Both the position numbers and the translations under genes were made by a program. This document shows, piece by piece, positions 11,870 to 25,635 of a stretch of 58,331 nucleotides of DNA. Numbering within the stretch: the stretch's first letter is position 1; every line of letters begins with the position of its first letter. The notes under the pieces are model-generated. The model did no database searches. It worked only from the letters and a program-made list of their open reading frames with translations, and was not told where the DNA came from. This DNA is from Octopus bimaculoides (lineage: Eukaryota), in NCBI RefSeq assembly GCF_001194135.2, contig NC_069001.1, positions 16,179,571 to 16,237,901 on the forward strand. The letters run 5' to 3'.

Positions 11870-14800
11870 TTTTTGGTTGTTTACCCTTGTGTTCTATTGA
11901 ACCCTGGATAGCTATTTAGTTTACAAAGTGATGTCCTTAAACACAGCCATGACCACACTCAAAACTTTAACCAGAATTGCTTTAATAAAACACTGAATGT
12001 CATAGCAAACATGTCAATGCAAAACAACATTAGCAGCTGTAGTGGAAATCTGAGGACCAAAACCAAAACCACCAAGAACTCAAAGAGTTACAACATCATA
12101 TTACATCAATTTCTCTAAACAAATTTACTCTATTCAAAATGTTTAGACTTTGCCTCATTATTAATTTATCAACTATTAAATTACAATTCATGGTTTTGGT
12201 AGATTTTTTTGTTACTGAAAAATGAAAACAAACAAAAAACCCTCACAAAATGTATTGTTGCCACTTCTTAAAATCAATTAGTAATGGGTCTATAAATATG
12301 CTATAATTAACGTAATAGAGATATTTAAAAGATAATAAACATGGTGAGTTGATACAATATTGTGTATATGGTCTAGTTATTTTTGATATTGTTTTATTGG
12401 TGGTGGTGGGAGGTATAATGTGCTTTTCCGGGTTATGCAAATTAGGACATTTGCATAAAACTTAGTGTTATGTTTGCTATTTAAAGATTTGCCACCTCAG
12501 TGCTTTAATGAAAGTAGTTTGTTTCACTAGCCAGGCAGAACAAAGCAAACAGAAATAATATACCCCACCTTGTGACATAATAATGGATATAATTATGTAC
12601 GTAGTTATGTATATATTAATATCTCCTCCTGCCCTCCACCAAACCAATCGTACTCCCATCTTGTATGCTCCTCCCTACTACAAACTGATATTCACTGTGT
12701 TCACCTCAGCCCCCATCTCTTATCATGTCACACTCTTCTCACAATCTAATGCACTTACCTTAATCCATCAGCATTCAGATTATTCTGTCAGATGCAATGC
12801 TTATCTATTCACATTGTTTTGAATGAATCCTGCATTATCTTGTAGCTTTGAGATTTCGATTATAGGATTGTTTACTTTTAGTATGACATTATGGGGAAGA
12901 TATGAGAGTCTTGTATTTGGCCAGTTTGACCATAACATAAGAGGAATGTTTTGGCCAGATATGGTCAGTTTAAATGTTAAAGGGTTAATTTCTGTTCATC
13001 TGTCCCTATTCTCTATGTCACATTTACCTTGTACCTTGACCTCACATCTTCCTCTCTCTCTTTCCAGGTTAGGTAGCCATGTATTCGCCACTTCCCTGCT
13101 ATCATAATCCCTCAATGAGGAATCTGGTCTTGTAGGTACTTGGCAACCTCACCAGTGCTGGTGTTACAAAAAAAAAAAGAACACCCAGTACATTGTAAAG
13201 TTGTAAGCATTAGGAAGGGTATCCAGCTGCAGAGACCATGCCAAAGCAAACATTGCAGCTTGGCTCATCAATTCATGTCAAGCCATCCAATCCATGCCAG
13301 CAAGGAAAAAAGGAATTTAAATAATTATGATGATGATAAATGTCATGTATATAGTGTTTATATAATATAGTAATGTATCTAGTATGGCTTACTATACATA
13401 CAAATATCAGTGTCAACCAGACTATCAGATGTTGTTATACATTGCTGGTAACAATGTGTTTTCTAGCATTGTTGTAGCTCTCAAATGATGCCACTCTACT
13501 GGCTGGGTGAGCAGGGTTATATTACTCTTGAATGGAATGTCCGTCTGTCAGAGTGTTACCCATTTACAGCTGAGTGGACTGGAGCAATGTGGAATGGTGT
13601 TTGCTTGCTCAGAAACACAATGCGCCACCACTGTGAGAATCAAAACCACAATCTTGCAAAGTCATCATCAACATCATCATCATCATCATCGTTTAATGTC
13701 TGTTTTTCATGCTGACATGGGTTGGATGGTTTGATAGGAGCTGACCAGCTGGACAGATGCCCAGGATCCACCTGTCTGTTTTGGAATGACTGGACACTCT
13801 TCCTAACATCAACCACTTTACAGAGTATGCTGGGTCCTTTCTATGTGCCACTGGCACAGGTGCATTTTACATGGCACACATATTATGTCATGTTTTATAA
13901 TAATGTATATGATAATGTATATAGTAATGTGAAAGCACATGGCTTAGTGGTTAGGTCATTTGGCTCACAATCAATAAGGTCGTGAGTTTGATTCCTGGTG
14001 GTGCATTGTGACCTTCAGCAAGACACTTTATTTTTCATTGCTTCAGTCCACTCAACTGGCAAAAATGAGTTGTACCTGTAATTCAAAGGGGCAGCCTTGT
14101 CCCATTATGTATCACACTGAATTTTCCTGAGAATTATGTTAAGGGTATGCATATCTGTGGAGTGCTCAGCCACTTGCACATTAATTTCACGAGTTGGCTG
14201 TTCATTTGATCAAATCAACAAGAATACCTGTCAAAACTGATGGAGAGCCAGGCTAGTAATGTATAAAGTATTGTGTATAGTATGATGTTGTATTATGTCA
14301 TGTTATATAGTAAGAAATATATACAATGGCAAGGTGTTAAACTGGCAGAACCATTAGCACACAGAACTGTTAGCACACTTAGTGGCATTTCATGTTCTAA
14401 GTTCAAATTCTACTGAGGTTGACCATGCCTTTCATCTTTTCAGGGTATATAAAATAAGAACCAGTTGAACACTGAGGTCAATGTAATTGACTAAGCATTC
14501 TACCAAAATTGCTGGCCTTGTGCCAAAATTTGAAATCAATGTGTATATATATAAATATATATNNNNNNNNNNNNNNNNNNNNNNNNNNNNNNNNNNNNNN
14601 NNNNNNNNNNNNNNNNNNNNNNNNNNNNNNNNNNNNNNNNNNNNNNNNNNNNNNNNNNNNNNAGCCAGTTCGGCGGCACTGGTAATAATCTCGCTCGAAT
14701 GTCTTTACACGTGCCATCCGGCACAAATGCCAGGAAGGCAATGCTGAGCACAGGTGCCATTGATGGTTTCGCTTATGATAACTATATGAGCAATTTGGTT

Positions 14801-15227
14801 AGGTCATACAATAAAAATAAAAAGTAAGAAATATAATTGAAACATACCAGTAGTTATAGGACTAAACAATACCAGTTGACTATAATTCATTATTTATTGA
14901 TTTCCTATGTATTTTACTTATTATATGCAGGCTGCATACCTGAAACAACCCCAGATCAGAAGTTGGAATGGTCTGGACAGTAAGAGGATACTATATTATT
15001 TAGTCCTATAAATAATATTTTCAATGATGTTTCTTACTTCTTACTTTTATTTTATGACTTAACCTATAGGCTCAGGACTGGGTGTGTGGTAAGAAGCTTG
15101 CTTCTCAACCACATGGTTCTGGGTTCAGTCCCACTGCATGGCGCCTTGGGCAAGTGTCTTCTGCTAGAGCCTCAAGCCGACCAAAGCCTTGTGAGTGGAT
15201 TTGGTAGATGGAAACTGAAAGAATCTC

Positions 15228-15261
<34 letters not shown>

Positions 15262-15349
15262 TGTATGTTTGTTTGTCCCCCCTCCCACCATTGCTTGAGA
15301 ACTGATGCTAGTGTGTTTACATCCCCATAACTTAGCGGGGACGTAAAAA

Positions 15350-15560
15350 GGTTACTGAGATTCATCTTCTCAATTGCAACATTCTTCTTTAAATCTCTCT
15401 TGAGTCTTGCATGTGTCATCCTGGCCTCCTCAAAAGCTTTCACTCCACTTTGATCTAAAGCAAGGGTTTCTATAGCCTTTTGATCCTTTCCAAGTGACTT
15501 CATGGTAGTCCTTATGCCATCCTTAAACCTCTTTTTAGGTTTACACAATTTGCGTTTCTC
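15350..15560 (-). mobile_element. RTE/BovB-like ORF2 extreme C-terminus fragment
   Basis: KPKKRFKDGIRTTMK...ETLALDQS...GVKAFEEAR...KRDLKK resembles the G.P.KR(F/Y)KD...WE..A.DR...G...FE..R motif. Confidence 0.65.
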
Positions 15561-16062
15561 CTTCTGTACACTCTAATCTCTCATCACCTGGCACAAGGCC
15601 ACCCCCTTCAATACCCACCTCTCAAAGGATCTTTGTCTTGCAAGTCACTTGGTGACCACACTGGTGATGGTACCATGTAAAAGGCATACAGTCAACGCTG
15701 TAAAGCGGTTGGCATTAGGAAGGGTATTCAGCCATAAAAATCATACCAAAACAAACATTGTTGGTGCTGAAGCCATGTCAAAAGTACCTGGTACACTTTG
15801 TAAAGCGGTTGGCATTAGGAAGTGCATCCAGCTGTGGAAATCATAGTAACATAGATCTTGCCAGTGCTGGAGCCATGTAAAAAGCATACAGTCCACTCTG
15901 TAAAGTGGTTGGCATTAGGAAAGGCATCCAGCTATAGAAATTATGCCAAAGCAAACAGTGGAGATTGGCACAGTCCTCTCACATGCCAGTTCCTGTCAAA
16001 CCATCCAACCCATACCAGCATGGAAATCAGATGTTAAATGACAATGATAATGATGAAGCAGT

Positions 16063-16364
16063 ACTTGTGTAGGAGTCACACCCCTAATTTAGTCATACCC
16101 CAGTTTTCCCATTTAAAATCAAGTTTGAAATAGTGTGACTTATACACAAGTGTGTGTGTGTGTATATGTATGTGTATGTGTGTGTGTGTGTATTGCATTT
16201 ACTCATGTATAATTTGCACCCCTAGTTTTGTGTTAAATTTTGAAATAATTTTTTTCCCTCTTCATAGTTTTAGCTTCACCCCATGTATAAGTCATGCCCC
16301 AAATTTTTTAATTAAAATCAAGAATAAAAATCGTGGTTCAACCTATTCACAAGTAAATATGGTA
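16063..16364. mobile_element. Possible pogo/Tc1-like MITE remnant
   Basis: The right end acctattcacaagtaaatatggta resembles TACCGTA-type TIRs; the left end is degraded. Confidence 0.35.
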
Positions 16365-16631
16365 GTTTTGATGCATGAAGCATCTGTGCATTTACTTTAG
16401 GTTTGCATTTTGTTATTATTAAAACTTCTGTAGTTACACAGAAGGCATGGATCAACAAGAAATTCCAACAGTTTATTTTGAAAACGAGATTGTTGAAGTC
16501 TCAGAATGCCAGACTGGTGGCATGCACACAGAGTAACTGTGCTTCACTGCAAAAATACAGAGTGTTTATCATTTGTGCAGTGTGTTAGGCATGTGTGTGT
16601 GTGTGTGTGTATATGTATNNNNNNNNNNTAT

Positions 16632-16674
<43 letters not shown>

Positions 16675-17943
16675 CACGCACATATATATATACATATACA
16701 CATATATATTATACACACACACATATGTATATATGTATGGGTGTGTGAGTAAGAGAGATGCAAGTTATACATATCTGCAGTGTCATGATATAAGATTGTG
16801 GTATAATATTGCACATCAAAGAACACAAAATGGTAAAGAAGACATTAGATCTGTCGTCTAAGTGGTACTTGACACTCTTGAAAACACTTGAGTAAAATAT
16901 TAGCCTACTATCTGTTGTTGTTGTTATTTAACCACAGGTTAGCCCTTATCCAGCAGACATATGACCAAAGATGTTCTAACCATGACCATCCTGTCTTTTT
17001 TTCTTTCTCTCTTTTCTTCCATTTCTCCTTTTTGCCAGACATACTATAATATCTAAGATTGGGCATCCAGCTATAGAAACCATGCAAAGCAGGTACTGGA
17101 GCTGGATGTGAACCTTTAGGTCCTTGGATCCTGTTGGACCATCTAATCCATACATGCATGGAAGATGGATGTAAACCACTTTTTACTTGTAGACCCCTTT
17201 AATTCCTATTTGAATCAGATAGACACAATGTTTAAAAAAATTATATTTTTATAATTATATATAATGAGGTATTGTACAAAAAAATTTTTGAAGTATTTTG
17301 TATATCTTAGGAGTATAACCAATTTATTGCAGATAAAGTTTTACAAAAAAACCTTATATGGATTCCCAATGGACCCTGGTTGAAAATCACTGATGTAAAT
17401 GATAATGATGATAGTGTTGTTGATTCTTAACTTTTAAAGACAGTAGGTGATTATCGAAGGCTTTACCTGCTATTTCTAGCAGGTTAAAAACTGTTGATAT
17501 AGGGACTCTGTCATTGTCTTGTCAGCAGTTGTTATTTAGTCCCAGGTCACAGCCAATCCTGTGAATTATGATTGAAGCTATTCCAGTTGTAAACATACCA
17601 CTTTTTTTTTAATTGTAAAGACGTAGGACATCTAAGGTTACATCATTCAATGTTTCCTTTGAATATGTTTTTGATGACGTTAATGTCTAAGGGCTGCTAT
17701 TTCTAACAATCCAACCAATCACAGAGAGGCTCCTGTCTATGGTTGTTTGAAGTGTTAGAAATAGCAGCACATTAGAGTTTTTTCTATGTGTGTTCTTTTA
17801 TCAGCAATCACAAGGCCTCAATCAACCCTGGGGCTATATGAAGACACCTTGGTTGTCTTATTCATACAGACCTGGGCCAACCAATGTATTTTGAATGAAT
17901 TTGGTAGATGGAAACTATGCAAAGCCCATCATGTGTATGGTGT

Positions 17944-17983
<40 letters not shown>

Positions 17984-18194
17984 TTCTCTCCCTGTCTGAC
18001 AACTGTGTTGGTTTGTTCATGCTTCTGTAACTTAGAGGTTCACCAAATCAGCCCCAAACTTAAAAATAAGTATTTTGCTTGACTAAATCCTTCAAGGTGG
18101 TGCCCCATCATGGCCACACTCCTAGGACTAAAACAAGTAAAAAAAAATACAAAATAATATTGTTTTATTTTTAGTTCTTTAAATTGGTTAATCC

Positions 18195-18727
18195 CTCATA
18201 GTTAAAGCCATGCTGGAGCACCACCTTTATTGACATGGACTTAAGTTTTTTTTTTAAATAAATAGGAATTGTTTGAATTTAGCCTTAAGACCACATTATT
18301 TGACCTATCACTGCTCTTTTTAAAGAGGGTACAGTGTGATTTCATTTGGGATTTGGCTGCTACTTCTAGCATATTGAGCAATCACTTTGCGGATTCACCA
18401 TTAGGGAAATAAAAATATATCCTTTATGTTTTACCTGTTTGTCATTAGACTGTGGCACAAATTGATGAACAAATTTATCCTAGGACTCATTTTTTTAAGC
18501 TTGGTACCTCCTCTATAAGTCTCTTTTGCCAAACTGCTATGTTATGGGGACATAAAAACAACAACACCAGCTGTCAAGCAGAGGTTGGAGACAAACAAAC
18601 ACAGACACACACACAACTTGAGACTATATAGTAGAAGACACTTGCCCTAGGTGTCATGCAGTGGTAGAGAACCCAGAACCACCTGGTTGGAAAGCAAGCT
18701 TCTTACCACACAGCCATGCTTGCGCCT
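18195..18727 (-). mobile_element. SINE family A copy (interrupted)
   Basis: Reverse-complement head cttcttaccacacagccatgcttgcgcc and 3' body segments. Confidence 0.75.
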
Positions 18728-19216
18728 ATAAGTCTGAAACTTCCAAAAGTTTCAAGAAATATTTAGGAATGTGTTTAGAGGAAGTGTTTTGTTGATGTCA
18801 TTACAAGAGGTTTGTCTGAAAACACCCAAATTTCCTTGATAAAAATTCCATTAAGGAGTAAGTGAAGAGTCTAAAAGTATGCAAATATGTTCTAAGATAG
18901 TTATATATATATATAGAGAGAGACACACACACACACATAATTATATAAATACATATATATATATTTTGATTGATTCATACATACATACATACATACATAC
19001 ATACATACATGCACTGGTATAACACAAAGGAAGCACCTATCCTTTAGAGAATCCTTTACATGACAGGATTGCAAAGAGGAAACTATTGACGTAGCAGAAT
19101 TTCATAAAGTTATTTTTATCTCTGTTTAAATAATTATATCTACATATATATACCTATACCTATCTATTTATATATTTCAATATATTTTACACACACACAC
19201 ACATGGATAGACAGAC

Positions 19217-19267
<51 letters not shown>

Positions 19268-20074
19268 AAGATAGATAGATAGATATAAAGGTGAAGGGAC
19301 ATGGTTAGGCTGTTGCACTCATGTTCGCTAGATTGTGGGCTTGACTCCCATGCCAGGCAGTGTGCTCTGTTCTTGAGCAAAACACTTCATTCCACATTGC
19401 TCCAGTTCTCCTTTTGATCAGGGCGAATGTTGACCTGCACACCTAGCCTGCAGGGTGGCATCATTCAAAGTTTAAAACAATGCAAAGTGCAATGTGACCA
19501 GCGGTGTGTAACAACATATGATAGTCTGGTAGTTACATGATCACGAGATGTACACTCACACATACATACATACATACACTCACACATACATACATACGTA
19601 TACAATCACAAACATACATATGTATACAATCACAAACATACATATGTATACAATCACTAAACATGCATGTATGTACACATACATATACAATATGGCCAAA
19701 TGGTTAAGAAGTTATCCTTGCAATCACAAGGTCCCAGGTTCAGTCCCAATACATATCAGCTCAGCCAAATGTCTTCTGTCATTGCTTTGGGTCAAGTCTT
19801 GTCAAAAAAAATTAGAAATATGAAAACTGTGCAGATGGATTGTACCTGTAATTCAAAAGATCCAGTCTTGTGTCACACATCATATCACTCTGATTCATCC
19901 TGAAGATTACATTAAGGATACATGTCTTTCCGGAATACTCCTATTTTTTGTAAGCCTAGTGGTTATTCAATTGGTCTCTTTTGCCAAATTGCAGAGCTAC
20001 AACATAAACACATAAACACACCGGCATCGGTTGTCAAGCAATGGTGAGGGGTCTAACTCTTCCACAGTTTCAAC

Positions 20075-20510
20075 TGCTAGGGTGTGAACACTTTTTCACA
20101 CAGCTATCCTCATCCATTCATACCACATGACCATACCAGCGCAGTCGTCTCTCTTGCACACCACATCTGATGCTTCTTAGGTCCAACTTTTCTCTCAAGG
20201 CACTTATACTCTGTCGAGTATGCACACTGACATTACACATCCAGCAGAGCATACAGGCTTCATTCCTTGCAAGCTTATGCATGTCCTCAGCAGTCACAGC
20301 CCATGTTTCACTGCCATGTAGCATGGCTGTTCGTACACATGCGTCATACAGTCTGCCCTTTACTCTGAGTGAGAGGCCCTTTGTCACCAGCAAAGGTAAG
20401 AGCTCTCTGAACTTTGCCCAGGCTATTCTTATTCTAGCAGCTACACTTTCAGAGCACCCACCTCCGCTACTAACTTGGTCACCTAGGTAATGGAAGCTGT
20501 CAACCACTTC
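20075..20510 (-). mobile_element. RTE-clade LINE ORF2 fragment (post-RT C-terminal region)
   Basis: ORF 20118-20507: VDSFHYLG...RIRIAWAKFRELLPLL...KGRLYDACVRTAMLHGSETWAV...RRLRWYGHV, typical of the RTE ORF2 C-terminus. Confidence 0.9.
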
Positions 20511-20560
20511 AAGGTTTTCTCCTTGGAATGTGGTGGAAGTTGTGTGTGTGTGTGTGTGTG

Positions 20561-20752
20561 TGTTGTAGTGAAAATGCTACACTTCTTCCCACATGACAAA
20601 GTTGTTGCGAGTTGTTCTCAGTTGGAGTCAGTGTCAGTTCCGTGTTTGAGTTACTGTAAGGTAGACATTTTAAAGTCATTGTCTTGTGGCACTGTCAGCA
20701 ATGACACGATAGATGAGTCAAAGATAATAAGACGCAGTATACTACCACAACA
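20561..20752 (+). mobile_element. Putative 5' LTR of a Gypsy element
   Basis: Begins TGTTG and ends CAACA, 192 bp long. It is followed by PBS-like TGGTGACAAG at 20759-20768 and then by gag. No 3' LTR partner was found. Confidence 0.55.
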
Positions 20753-21009
20753 TAATAGTGGTGACAAGAATATTACAGTGCCGACAATACCATACAAGTG
20801 GACAAGGATCCACATGATAACAGCGGCAAAGAGGTTATAAACAATTCATGCAGACAGTGTTGAAAACATAAAATTTGTTTTTCACAAGGATATAAATAAA
20901 CAACTCATGTGGTCAATGCTGAAAAATTTTTCACATGGGGAAATTAAAAACTCAACACAGGAATAACAAGAATTTTTGTTGTACATATTTTACGAAAAAT
21001 CTGTAAAAT

Positions 21010-23462
21010 TATGGAAAACTAGTTGAGTTGCAAAAACAGCAACACCAAATGTTACAGCAACAAATGCTACAACTAATGAAGTCGGTAACAAAAGCCAAGA
21101 CGATGTAACAAATTCAATAAATGAATTTAAATATGACCCAGAAGAAGGAGTCACCTTCAAGGCATATTACTGAAGATTTGAACAAATTTTCAGAAAAGAA
21201 TGCCAAGACTGGATGGACGAAATGAAAACATGCCAAATTCTGAGGAAACTGGCAATGATAGAGCATGAAAAATACTGTAACTTTATATTACCTAAAAAAG
21301 TTTCTGACATAAATTTCACAGGCACAATTGACATTTTATGTAGGATGTTTAGTGAAAAAACATTGTTGTTCAACACACGTTGGAAGTATTTAAACTAAGA
21401 AAAGTGATGATGAAAACTTTACCACATATGCAGGTAGAGTGAACAGAGAGTGTGAGAGATTTAAACTGGATAAAATAACTCCAGACTCGTTCAAGTGCCT
21501 GATTTTTGCTCAGGAACTTGCTGCTAAAATGGATGCAGAAGTCAGAATGAAAATTCTCTCAAAGCTGGAAATGAACCAGAATATAAATCTGTGGAAATTA
21601 TCAGAAGAGTAGGATATGATATTAAAAGTAAGGCAAGACACAGAAGAAATCCAATGCAGAGATTGTTTACAGATAAAACCAGTGCTGAAGTGTCGGAAGA
21701 GAGATAAAGTGTTTCACAAAAAGTACGATACACAACAGGAGATAAACCCATGTATAGCATGCAATGGTAGGCACCTGAGAAAAGAGTATCCTTTCAAAAA
21801 AGCAAAGTGTTTTCATTGTGGGAACACTGCATCACACTGCAGAACTAAGATGATGAAAAATTGGACCAAACAAGAAAAAATAAATAGTTTGTCATCAGAG
21901 AAAAAAGCTTGTACAACGAACAGGTGAGAATCAAAACCACTAGTGTCAAAGTGCAATTAGACACGGGTAGTGACATCACCATCATAAATGAAGAAACATG
22001 GTGACAAATCAGTAATCTGAGATCATTTAAATCAAATAAAGTAGCATATGATGTTATGGGAAAGAAATTATATTTCATTGGCGAATGTATTTGCAATGTA
22101 ACTTTTCAAGGTGAAACGAAAAAGACAATCATTTATGTGTTGAAAAAAACCACAAAACTTATTTGGCACAGAATGCATGGAGTAATTTAAAATGTGGAAT
22201 ACACCCACTTGTTTTCTCTATGAAAATGTAGTCCACACAGTTTAATGTTCAAAGGAAGTCAAACAACTGAGACAAAAAATTAAAAACTTGTTTCCAAATG
22301 TTTTTTGGAAGGATTAGGCTGTTGTACTAAAACAAAAGCGAGGATCATGGTAAAAGAAAGGGCAATACCCATTTTTAGACCCAAATGGAATGTGTCATTC
22401 ATGACATTAGACCATGTCAATACAGAGATGGAAAGACTACAAAGTCTTGCTATAGTTGGAAAAGTCGACCATTCAGACTGGGCAGCTCTGACGGTTTATG
22501 TAAAGGAAAAAAAAAACTAAACAAAGAGTATGTGTGGACTTTTCAACTGGATTAAATGGCTGTTTAGCCAAATACAATTATCCATTACCAAGCCCAGAAG
22601 AAGTGTTCTCAAAACTAAATGGAGAAAAAATTTTCTTGAAGTGAGACCTCAGGTAGAGGAAGATTGTGCACAGCTTTTAATAACCAACACACACACCATG
22701 GATTGTATAAATTCAAGCAGCTTCTTTTTGGATTAAAAAGTGGCACCTGCCATATTCCAATAAGTGATGGATGCAATGTTAAACAATTGCAACTTCGCTA
22801 TCGCCTATCTCAATGATATTTTGATAAAGAGTGAGTCAGTGGAGCAACACTTCAAACATATTAAAAAAGTATTCAGAAAAATTCAGGAGTGACTGTGTGG
22901 TAAGTAGCTTGCTTATCAACCACATGGTTACGGGTTCATTCCCACTGCGTGGCACCTTGGGTAAATGTCTTCTACTATAGCCTCGGGCCGACCAAAGCCT
23001 TGTGAGTGGATTTGGTAGACGGAAACTGAAAGAAGCCTGTCATATATATGTATATATATATATATATATATGTCTGTATGTGTGTCTATGTTTGTCCCAC
23101 CAACATCGCTTGACAACCGATGCTGGTGTGTTTACGTCCCCGTAACTTAGCGGTTCGGCAAAAGAGACCGATAGAATAAGTACTAGGCTTCCAAAGAATA
23201 AGTCCTGGGGTCGATTTGCTCGACTAAAGGTGGTGCTCCAGCATGGCCGCAGTCAAATGACTGAAACAAGTAAAAGAGTAAAGAGTAAAAGAGTAAAGAG
23301 AATACAGGTTTTGACTAACAGAGGAAAAGTGTGAATTTTTGATGAAAAAAATTGAATATTTGGGTCAAGTAATTGACAAAAGGGGACAAAGGCCAAACCC
23401 ATTAAGGGCAATGACAATACGGAATATGCCTCCCCCAACCAACGTCAAGTTGCTACAAGCAA
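21010..23462 (+). pseudogene. Decayed Ty3/Gypsy gag-pol (Mag/K02A2.6-like), interrupted by a SINE
   Basis: Fragments with stops and frameshifts: gag FKYDPEEGVTFKAYY...YCNFILPKK...FNTRW, protease VQLDTGSDITIINEETW, and RT DHSDWAA...YPLPSPEEVFSKLNG...GLKVAPAIFQ...AYLNDILI...KCEF...EYLGQVID. No RNase H or integrase is seen. Confidence 0.9.
22884..23300 (+). mobile_element. tRNA-derived SINE family A (internal microsatellite, (agtaaaag)n tail); young copy inserted in Gypsy RT
   Basis: Head with box A/B-like ctgtgtggtaag...gggttcattcccac, then CORE-like gcaccttgggtaaatgtcttctactatagcc, an internal (TA)n, a body ending ccagcatggccgcagtcaaatgactgaaacaag, and a tandem tail. Confidence 0.9.
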
Positions 23463-23972
23463 ATGTGAAATAAAGTGTCTTGCTCAAGAAAACAACACAC
23501 AGAGGGAGGGGAAAATGATGGAGGGGCAAATGATAAAATAGGATTAGGGGAGAGCTAGTAAGAAAGAACATGACTGTCTGTTTAGAAGCTAACATATAAA
23601 ATCAAAAACAATATTGTTCGATTGTAAATGGCTTGACAAGCGAGTTTGTTATAATTGACAAAGCTTTACTCAGAGTCATCAGGTGAATGAGAGGTAGGGG
23701 AAAGAAAAGAGGGAAGAGATGGGGAGAGCTAATTAGGGTTGATGGGGAGTGAACTTAGCATCTGTGGATGTATTTAAAGACAGCAACATCAAGAGTAAAA
23801 GAGAAGCAGAAAGGCAGGTAGTTTGGCTGTTACAACTAGTTAGTTCTTTCTAAAACTATTTCCTAGATGTGTGGGAGAGGATGGTGACTGAATGGTTATA
23901 CACACATTCATATGTATATGTTTGTAGATATAGACGTATGTATGTATGTATGCATGTATGAATGTATGTATA

Positions 23973-24011
<39 letters not shown>

Positions 24012-24012
24012 T

Positions 24013-24200
24013 ACAGGTGTACACACACACACATGCATACATGTACAAATATAATCATACATACTTGTACTAAATATAGCTATATGTATATGCATATATA
24101 TATATATATATATATATATCACAGGTATACAGACACACATATGCATACAAGTATAATCATACATACTTGTACTAAATATAGCTATATATATATGCACACA
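24013..24200. repeat. Tandem duplication of an approximately 100-bp low-complexity unit
   Basis: acagg...atataatcatacatacttgtactaaatatagctatat occurs twice. Confidence 0.85.
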
Positions 24201-25195
24201 CATACACATGCATGCACACACACACACACGCATACACACACATGCATGCATGCACGTACAGTAGCTGGAAATAACTTGTTCAAACAAGAACTAACTGCTT
24301 CTAGCAAGATATTCAGAGCAGAAGACAGGAGGAATTTCTAACTTGAAATATGAAGAATGATGTAAATATATATGCACACTTGCACAAACATGTGTGCATG
24401 TGTGTGTGTGTGTGTGTGTATCTAAAGCTGTATATATTTGATTTAAAAAATTTTTTTTTTTTACCTTAACTAATATTTTATTTTCATCATAAAAGATATA
24501 CTTAATGTTATTGCAAGTTGCCCTATATTTCGGGTGCTAGTCCTAGCTGTACATTTCTTTTCTGTTCATGTATTTTCTTCATCTCAGTTCCTAAGACATC
24601 ATCATCTTGTCTTTTGTGCTTCATCTCCACTGCATTAATTGTCATATAAATGTATCCAATGATTGCTGAGACTCCTAAAGTATGCTGTTCTGTCTTAGGC
24701 ATCAAAACTACAAGAATCCTTAATGAAACAGCTGAAGAAGTGTGTAGCTCATTGTAAAGTGTGCTAATATCATTTGCAGTTTTGACCACTGTCAATATTT
24801 TCATATCATTTGCATAATTCAATACACGGCTAAGAATACCTATAAACTTATATGTGATAATGTATCAATAAACAACAGCAGTCCTAAAACAGTGCTTTGT
24901 GGTACACATATTACAGGGTCTCAGCAGAGAGAAGTCTGTTGGCAACAACAGACTGATTTCTATTTTGTAAAATGTCAGAGTCATCAACTTTTTTTTCCAC
25001 TGATACCAATGTTGCTTGATGGACAACAGATGATTCTCTTAAGAATCTTATTAAAAACTCTAACAAAATCAAGGCATGTACAGATAGTGTCCACATGTCT
25101 TAAGAGATTGTTAAGAATGGTGTTATGATGTTACAGTCGTTGTATCAGGCAAATTTGTCCTGTGCAAAGACCATACTTAAACTATTTGGTATGTT

Positions 25196-25372
25196 TTTCT
25201 TGAGTAATTTACTCTTTGATTTCTCCAATTCTTTTACATCTTTCATCAACCCATCTCTCTTTTACTCCCCTAATTTACCTTTATTCCTACTTTCCTATCA
25301 ACCAATCTAGATTTCATTTCTCCTGCTTTTTGTCTTCATTTGTTTCTTTCAAATCCATTTCTTTCATGACCT
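25196..25372 (-). mobile_element. Second copy of a 170-bp segment of the 27020-28000 LINE fragment
   Basis: tgagtaatttactc...catctctcttttactcccctaattt...ttcctactttcctatcaaccaatcta...ctcctgctttttg matches 27359-27530 at high identity. Confidence 0.85.
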
Positions 25373-25386
25373 GTTTTCCTCTAGAT

Positions 25387-25635
25387 CAGTGGCTCTCAAC
25401 CATTTTCTGCCTATGGACCCCTTTAAATCCTAATTATGAGAGACCCTCATAACCATTTGATGTCTAAAAATTCCTATTATATTTTTATACTTAAATATTA
25501 TAAGGAATTGTATAAAAAGACTTGTCAAAATATTTTGTGTATTGTAGAAGTATATGTAATTTATTGCACATAAATTTTAACAAAATCTTATATGGACTCC
25601 TGGTGAACCATAAGGACCCCAGCCAAGAACCACTG
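25387..25635. mobile_element. hAT(Charlie)-type MITE
   Basis: Ends cagtggctctcaacc and aagaaccactg. The left flank ctctagat fits the NTCTAGAN target preference. Confidence 0.8.

Noticed and set aside
23620-23695. Minus-strand CTGATGA...AAAC...GTC resembling a third hammerhead
   Set aside because: The G of GAAA is missing and stems I and II do not pair; at most a heavily decayed relic.
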